Assembly: GCF_004010195.1 (NCBI RefSeq)
Contig: NW_025215381.1
Span: 1,061,909 to 1,119,910, forward strand
Reading direction: 5' to 3'
Length of the DNA: 58,002 bases
Origin: Chiloscyllium plagiosum
Lineage: Eukaryota
Of the stretch, positions 50,119-58,002 are shown piece by piece. Below the pieces are notes generated by a model. The model worked only from the letters and a program-made list of their open reading frames with translations. It was not told the origin of the DNA and did not search any database. Both the position numbers and the translations under genes were made by a program. The first letter of the stretch is position 1. Every line of letters begins with the position of its first letter.

Positions 50119-52074
50119 CACCTCCTCCAGCCCCTATACCCCCTCCCTATCTCTGTAACCCCCTACATCCCCTACACCCCTCCCTATCTCTGTCCCTTCA
50201 TTCACCCCCACTCCCTTCAGAGTTTACTGTACTCCTCCAATCCCACTGTCTGGAGCATCCCCAGATTCCCACCACTCCGTGCCTCCACCTGCCTGGGGGC
50301 TAAGGTCTGAAATGTTCACCAGAATCCACCTTCCCCCCCCCTCCCCCTTTAATCTTGTCCCACTATAATGGTCACCTGCCCCTATTTCCCCTCTGGGCTG
50401 CCCAGTGTTAAAAAGGACTTCACCATTACTGCTCAGAAAAACATTGGGTGCCCCAGGACGCTGACAGCGAGGGGATTCAGTGACGGTAGCGCCACTGAAC
50501 GTCAAGGGGTGGTGGTTAGATGGGCATGGCCTGGCATTTGCATGGCACAAGTGTTCCCTGCCACTTGTCAGCCCAAGCCTGGGTATCGTCCTGATCTTGT
50601 TGCACTAGCACTCTGACTATATTTCGGCACGTGAGGAGCAGTGAACAACCACCAAACATTCCCACTTCTTGACCTGCTGATGGAGGGAAAGTCATTGCTG
50701 CAGCATTTGAAGACGGTTGGGCCTGGGACACTCCCCTGAGGGACTCCGACAGAGATACCCTGGAGCTGAGATGACTGGCACTCCCACAATCATCTCCCCG
50801 CCTGGCAGGTGGCACTCCAAGCAGCAGCCTTTGCTCCAATACCCACTGCTTCCAGCTTTGCTCGGGGCCCCTTGATTCTACACTCGGTCGAATGTAGCCT
50901 TGGCCTCCATGGGCTGTCCCCCTCCCCACCCCTCTCCCCTCCCCTCAGGAGGTCAGCTCTTCCATCCATGTTTGAGCCAAGGCTGCAGTGGGGTCAGGAG
51001 CTGAGTGGCTGTGGTGAACCCAGACTGGGGGTCACTGAGGCAGGTGCTGCTGGACAGCACCGGTAATGACCCCCTTCCATCACTTCACGGAGAAACTATC
51101 GTAGATTGATGGGATGATAATTGGCTGGGTTGGATTCGTCCTGCTTTTTACATACAGGGCATACCTGAGCACATTGCCGGGTAGATGCCAGTGTGGTAAC
51201 TGGAGCAGCTTGGTCAAGGAACAGCAAGTTCTGGAACACAAGTCTTCAGTACTATTGCCAGAATGTTATCAGGGCCCATAGCCTTTACAGTAGCCAGTGT
51301 CTCCAACTGTTAGTTATATCACGTGGATTGAATTGGCTGGTCTCTGTGACGCCGGGGACCACTGGAGGAGCTAGTTGGATCCTCCACACAGCTTCTGACT
51401 GAAGATCGCTGGGAACGTTTCAGCCTTATCTTCTGCACTGATGTGCTGGGCTCCTCAATCACCGAGGACGGGGATAACTTTTAAGAGTCGTTTAATTCTC
51501 CGCCACCATTCACGACTGGATGTGGCAGCAGTGCAGAGCTTAGCTCAGATCCGTTGGTTGTGGGAATCGCTTAGTCTGTCTCTCGCTGTTTGACATGTAA
51601 GTTGCCCTGTTTCACCAGCTGGACACCTCATTCTGCGATCTGTCCCGCGCTGCTCCTGCAAATACGCTCTTCTACGTTCGACACTGAGCCCTTGGCTGGT
51701 TGAGTCGGGGTGGGACGGGGTACATCAAAACGCACCAAGAGTACATTGCCGTCACAGCTGATGGCCCACAGCATCTTGTGGAGGTCCAGCCCCGAGACCC
51801 GTTCAAAGGCTGTCCCATTTAGCGAGGGAACTGGACTAGGGAGAACCCCCAAGGCATTTTATACGTACGCCAGGAGCAAGAAGGTAGCTCAGGAAAGGAT
51901 AGGTCCACGCCAGGACAAAGGAGGGAAGTCAGTCCTGGAGCCAGAGGAAGTGGGTGTCACCTTTAACAAATACTCCACATTCAGTACTCACCAGGGACAA
52001 GGACATGGATGATCAGACGTTTCAGGAGGGGTACGTTGATATTCTGGAGTGTGTCGATATTAAGGAGAAGGCCA

Positions 52075-52402
52075 TAGATTCCCTACGGTGTGGAAACGGG
52101 CCCTTCAGCCCAGCAGGTCCACACCGACCCTCCGAAGAGTAACCCACACAGATCCATTCCCCTAACCTATTACTCTACATTTACCGCAGACTAATCCACC
52201 CTAACCTATACATCCCTGAACGCTATGGGGCAATTTATCACGGCCAATCCACCCTAACCTGCACAGCTTTGGACTGTGGGAGGAAACCACAGACACGGGA
52301 AGAATTTGCAAATCCCACAGAGTCAGTTTCCTGAGGCTGGAACCGAACCCGGGTCCCTGGGGCTGGGAGGAGGCAGCAGTGCTAACCACTGAGCTACTGT
52401 GG
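52075..52402 (-). mobile_element. HE1 SINE inserted in a CR1 ORF2 fragment (~51840-52800, +)
   Basis: Reverse-complement HE1 interrupts LINE homology to 34860-35480. Confidence 0.8.
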
Positions 52403-52901
52403 CCGGAAAAATAGCATTAAAATCGATAAGTCTCCAGGGCCAGATGGGTTCTATCCCGGGATTCTGAGGGAACCCCGGGAGGAGATTGCTGAGGCCTGGA
52501 CAGAGACCTTTGTATCCTCTTTAGCCACAGGCGAGATCCCAGAGGCCTGGGGAATAGCCAACATTGTTCCTTTGTTCAAGAAGGGCAGTGGGGTAATCCA
52601 GGAAAGTACAGGCCAGTGAGCTATCTGTAAGTGGTAGGGAAAGTATTGGAGAAGATTCTTAGGGATAGGATTTCCTTATATTTGGTGGAGAGTGGATTAA
52701 TTCGAGATTGACAGCATGGCTTTATGTGGGAAAGGTCTTGTCACTCTAACTGGATGGAGTGTTTTTTTGAGACGACAAAGATGATCGAGGAGGGAATGTT
52801 GGCTCCATGGTCGACAAAGTGTTCCGCACTCCTGAACCATTCTCCCCACACAGCAGCCCGCCGACACACAAACCACCCGCCCACATTAGAGGCAGACTCA
52901 C

Positions 52902-53009
52902 CTCACGATGGCGGCCATGCCGGGGGATGAACGTGGCGATACAACAACGCAGCTTCCGTGTCCAAGTTGCCATCCTGTCGGCTGGGGTGGGGACTCTCCC
53001 TCGGGGGAC
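52902..53009 (-). CDS. Candidate 108-nt exon of unidentified gene
   Basis: cgtcatcgtttctgtcaacag| ... gag|gtgagt; CpG-rich non-repeat sequence; two open frames. Confidence 0.4.
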
Positions 53010-55042
53010 CTGTTGACAGAAACGATGACGACAGGGCCTTAGAAACAGGAGGCAGAGCCAACGCTCAGAACCACACGCGAGAGACGACACAAGACACAGG
53101 GCACTAAGGGAGCGCGGAGGAGGAGGGGTACAGTAGGCCGGATGGAGTTCGAGGGCTGGGTGTGGCCGAGGATCCAGAACATTCTCCGTGGAAGTGAATC
53201 ACGTCAATAATTTCCGCAGGGAGTCCTGGGATCAGGGATCTATAGGATGGAACGCGAGTGCTCTCTCTGTCTGTCTGGGCCAGGACAAGCTGGTCAGACT
53301 GAATGGCCTCTGCCGGTCAATATCAGGATCACTAATCCCTCCCGCTGAAGCTGTAAGGACCATCTGTGGCTGTCAGTTCCTCACCCACTCCACAGTCGCT
53401 GGGTGGGCTATGTCCTAGATAAAAGGCCACACTCCTACCCTCACATCAGGAGGTCGCAGGTTCAAATCCCACCACAGATGGACACTTCCCGGTCTCACTC
53501 CCTCGCTCAGCCGGATGTCACTAACCGAGGGAGGGCCGCACTGTCTGAGGCACGTTCTCTCAGCCTGGGCATGATGGGGTTGGACACAGCGGACTCGTCT
53601 GCACAGCAGGTCAGGAGGCGGTGGGGTGGGGTTTGGCTCGTTTGGGCAATGCAAGATCCTGACCGGCTCTTAAACGTGGTGGACGCGGGAAGGAGGTTTT
53701 CGACTCGTGGGTCAGCCTGGGAATTGGAGGCACAGATCCAAAAATACAACGCGTCACCCCAAAACGGGAACGTTTCTCTGTCTCCCTCCCTCTCTGTCTG
53801 TCTTTCCCCCTCAGGGTCGTGTAATGTTGGGACACTCTGTCTCAGAAAGCTGGAGGGAGGACACTTGTGCTTGAACCCCACTACCCGAACTCGGTCTGAA
53901 TTTGCAATGACGACCATTGTTGTGAAAGCCCACCCGGTTCAGTGACGCCCTTTCGGGAGAGAAACCCTTACCCAGCCTCTCCCACCTTGAACTTCAGACT
54001 CACCACTACCCTTGGGGCAATTAGGGAACAGGAACAAACTCCTGATGAGGGCGACTTCTTGTGAGAAGGGGGGAGAGGGGGTGGGGAATCTGAGTCGGGG
54101 GTGAATGGAGCAGGTGGAAATTCTGCGTTCCGGCATGGACAAGTTGGACCGAAGGGTCTGTGTCCGTGCTGTACATCTATATGAAGCAGGAGGTTACTTT
54201 GGGATTGTGAGACTCAAACCCAACCCAGGGCTGAGCAAGAGGTGGCGCACGGCTGCCACCTGGTGTCCTTGTGGAGAACAGCAGGTGGTGCCCACAACGG
54301 CTGGTGCTGAAGGAACTCTCAATGTCACACTCGCCACCCCCCTCACCCACCAACTCCGACATCGGGGTGGGGAGAAACACCCTGGACCCAGCGAAAGAGA
54401 AGCTGCTTCACACCCTGTAACTCACACGGACAATGCCCAGGAAATCACTGGGGGGGGCAGGGATCCAAGGGGGTGGGGGATGTACAGTCACCACGCACCC
54501 ACCCCCACCCAGAGATTGAGGATCTGCCCCATTTCCCAGGGCAGGAGCAGGGGGAGGGAAGGATTGGGACCCCTTCTGCTGCTGTGACTCAGTGTCGCCC
54601 CCTCCTGGCTTGGAGTCAGTCACAGGGTCCACAGCAATGGGGAGAACTGGAGGGGGGAGGGGGTGCTTTCCCCCCCCCATCCTTCCCACACCCCAAAACC
54701 CCAAGGTCAACATTTATCCTTCAAGCAACCCCACCGAAAACAGGTCTTCTCGTGGGATCTTGCTGTGCTCACATTCCCACAGCCAGCCCAGTTGCCTTGG
54801 TAACTGTCGTCTCCAGGATGAGCGTTTCATCGTGTTCAGCAACCCCCCCAGTAATTCTGCACCCTGCAGGTGCACAATTCTCTCTCGGCCTCAGCTCATC
54901 TGCCACAAAAGCCCTCACCTTCCACAGTCTCCCCCCCCCCCCCCCCCCCCATCAGCCTCCCACTCCCTCAAATGCCCCATCTTGACTTGAATGAAACTGA
55001 GACACTCTCCTCCCCCTTAACTTGGAGGTTTAACACCGAGGT

Positions 55043-55098
55043 CTGGAAACAGGGCCTGGAAACAGGGCCTGGAAACAGGGCCTGGAAACAGGGCCTGG
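55043..55098 (+). repeat. 13-bp tandem repeat (ctggaaacagggc) x4
   Basis: Direct reading of the sequence. Confidence 0.9.
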
Positions 55099-56990
55099 TG
55101 GTCGATGGGTGGGATAATCAAGGGGGACAGAGCTCTTTCATCCTGGGGAATGAGATTCAGTCTCTCAACCTGTACCTGCTAAACATACCTCCAAACAAAC
55201 CCTTAAATCCCACCTCACCCCGACTACATACACCACCCTGTCACAGTCAGTAACAATTTGTGCCTGTTCTGAACGGGAGAGTGAGTGCGCACAGGAGAGA
55301 GTGAGCAAGAGAGAAAAATTAGCCTAATCATTGAGGTGGGATTTCAGAAAAAAAAAACTGGTCACCTGTTGACAAAACTGATCAACCACCAGGTAGCAGT
55401 ACATGTCTCACACTCAGAGTCATACACATTTTTGTTCAGGCCGGAAATGAATCAAGACAAATTATTTCTAAAGCATTGAATCTTGACTTAACGTGTGCCT
55501 GAGTATAGCATAACGTTCGATGTAGAGATGGAATTTAAAATGTGATATCAGAGCAGATGAAGTTGTAATTATATCTAGAGAATCGGTCAGATATATTTTG
55601 ACAATCTCCCTTATAAAATATCTAAATAAATTTATATGGATTTAAAATTATTTATGTTTAGATCCAATTAACACAATCTAATTCAAAAACACTTGGACGA
55701 GTTCAGAAGAGATTTACAATGATGTTACCGAAACTACCCAACGCTGGGGAATCACAGCAGCTCAGACAGCATCCATGCAGAGAGAGCACGCTAACATTAG
55801 CGGAGGGCACACAGCAGAGAACAGGGCACAGTATTCCCTCCGGAGAAACAGAGTGAACGGGGACACTGGGCCTGGAGAGACAGTGAAACGTTCACTTGCC
55901 CTCTCTCGCTCTCTCCATGAATATTGTCTGACTCACTGTGAATGAAGGCACTGGGTGCTTTCAATACAGATTGCAACATTTGCAGGAATTTTCTCCTGCT
56001 TTTACAAGGATGTTGCCAGGGTTTGAGCTATAGGGAGGAGCTGAACAGGCTGGGGCTGTTTTCCCTGGAGCGTCAGAGGCTGAGGGGTGACCTTATAGAG
56101 GTGGGTGCTGGCAGGTGGGACTAGATTGGGTTGGGATATCTGGTCGGCCTGGACGGGTTGGACCGAAGGGTCTGTTTCTGTGCTGTACATCTCTATGACT
56201 CAAATTAAAGAAAAGTTTGTAAGAGTATAAATGGACAAATTGATGTAAATTAATGTCTGTATACATTAAAGTTCCACATTTATATTCAATGTATTTGCTA
56301 ATTTCATGCATGTAACAAACACTAAAATGTATTTGAAATTGGGGATTACTCACATATACCCCCATTTCCAATGGAAAATGGACTAGCACAGTGACAGAAT
56401 GAAATTCATTTGCCATGCATCATGTATGTGATGGAGGGCAATTATATTGACATTAATCCTTAAAATATATTCTTCCTATTAAATAAGTTACAAAAGAATA
56501 AATGACCTATATTTAGTTAGCTGAATAGGATTTATAAATATTCCACATTCATTTTATCACCTGGAAACAAACTGGTAGAAACCCACAAAGTCCCAGAGTA
56601 ATGAATTGAACGTTTGAGACACAGATGAGGAGGCAGTTCTTTGAGGGTAAGGAATCAGTCAATTTGGGTCATTAAGTATATTCAAGGCTGTGAAAGGTTT
56701 TTAAATCAGTCAGGGACTCCATGGCTGTGGGGAGCTGAGGATTAGCAAATCAACCACCATTTAATAAGATGGCAGTGCGGATCCAATGGGTTGAATGGCC
56801 TAAATCACATGGGTTGGACGCTGACTCCCACTGGGACGTGGCTCCCACAGGCATGACCCTTCCCACACCACTCACTGTGGGTCACAAGCCTCTCCCAGGG
56901 GATGAGTCCCACCTTACCTCCCTCCCTTAATCCCCCACCCCGCCATCCCCAGACTCAGATCCACATTGTACTCATCTGAAACCTGACAAC

Positions 56991-57240
56991 AGATTAGATT
57001 CCCTACAGTTTGGAAACAGGCCCTTCGGCCCAGCAAGTCCACACCGACCCTCCGAAGAGTAACCCACCAAGAGCCGTTCCCCCCACCCTACGTTTACCCC
57101 TGACTAGTGCACCTAACGCTGTGGGGCAATTTCCCACGGCCAATCCACCCTGACCTACACATCTTTCGACTGTGGGAGGAAACCGGAGCACCCGGAGGAA
57201 ACCCACGCAGACACGGGGAGAACGTGCAAACTCCACACAG
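56991..57240 (-). mobile_element. HE1 SINE (5'-truncated)
   Basis: Reverse-complement HE1 core and tail. Confidence 0.85.
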
Positions 57241-58002
57241 ATGGGGAGACCAGAAAGGAGAGTGATGTGCAAGAAACAGAGGAGAATGAGAGTGTTTCAG
57301 AGAGCGTGCGACAGAGCAGCAACACAGGTAAACACAGGCGAGCAATTTGGGACCAGTTTTGTGACTCAGCGACAGAGGGGGACACACAAGTATGTGCGAC
57401 TCTGTGCCTGTGCGAGCCCGTGTATTTCTGTAAAATATTTAAACAGCATATCGAGAGTGTGGGGAGCCCCAGGGAGGGAGGTCAGTGCACCTCAAAACGG
57501 TACGGCAAGGCAGAGGTTCACTCTCGCCAAATCTTCCCCATCTCTCCACACCTCCCGTTCCCTCTGTCCTCCTCTCGTTCTCTCCCACGTTCTGCCTCTC
57601 CCTCCCTCCCTCAGCTCCCCACCCCGTGGGGCCACATTTTTAAGCTCCTGCCTGTCAAGATAAGACAGACACTGATGGCTTGTTTTTCCAATTCTCACTG
57701 AGTCACAAAGGAAAATTCCAGACGAAACAAAGCCTGCTACTATTGACTGTCAGCTGATTCACTGACCTCCTCCATACCCTCAAATAACAACACGGGCAAG
57801 AGTCACAAAATAAAAATCACAGCAGAAGTTTCTGGAAACATGATCATTCGCAGCACAAGATGCCTGTCCCTGAGACGATAAACAGGACTGGAGGGGGGGA
57901 GAAAGAGGGCCACAAGGAGAGCGAGAGAAACAACACCAACCTTCAGGTCTCCCTCCTGGGGGGGGGGGGGGGGAAGGAGCAGGGAGGGGGGGGGGGCAGG
58001 AT

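Noticed and set aside
49128..50310. 391-aa and 384-aa Pro/Ser/Leu-rich ORFs
   Set aside because: Translation of a 26-bp tandem repeat fused to a LINE tail
8615..57240. tRNA-like A/B box sequences
   Set aside because: They are heads of HE1 SINEs, not cloverleaf tRNA genes

Overview
Vertebrate genomic DNA, very probably from a cartilaginous fish (shark). This is inferred from dense HE1-type tRNA/V-domain SINEs, HER1/CR1 LINEs, Penelope-like elements and a Deu-domain SINE-derived 33-bp minisatellite. Most of the window is decayed repeats, with three N-gaps. Non-repeat content: (1) a spliced, apparently non-coding 5'TOP-type snoRNA host gene (~5075-14135, +). It has a 42-bp ETS/Sp1 tandem-repeat promoter and three duplicated exon+intron units, each carrying a SNORA65/U65-like H/ACA snoRNA (two intact-looking, one decayed) whose guide pockets match the 28S peptidyl-transferase-centre targets. 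(2) A defective class I (gamma/epsilon-like) endogenous retrovirus (15772-21175, +) with two LTRs, RNaseH-integrase and a PABLB-like gamma-type env; gag/pro/RT are replaced by a Penelope fragment. (3) The first three coding exons of a divergent protein phosphatase inhibitor-2 (PPP1R2-like) gene (+), starting 1.26 kb downstream of the ERV 3' LTR, which could act as its promoter. (4) Several minimal hammerhead-ribozyme motifs in Penelope-like repeats. (5) Low-confidence exons of an unidentified minus-strand gene in the GC-rich right third. Repeat boundaries are approximate, and family names come from motif recognition, not database searches.
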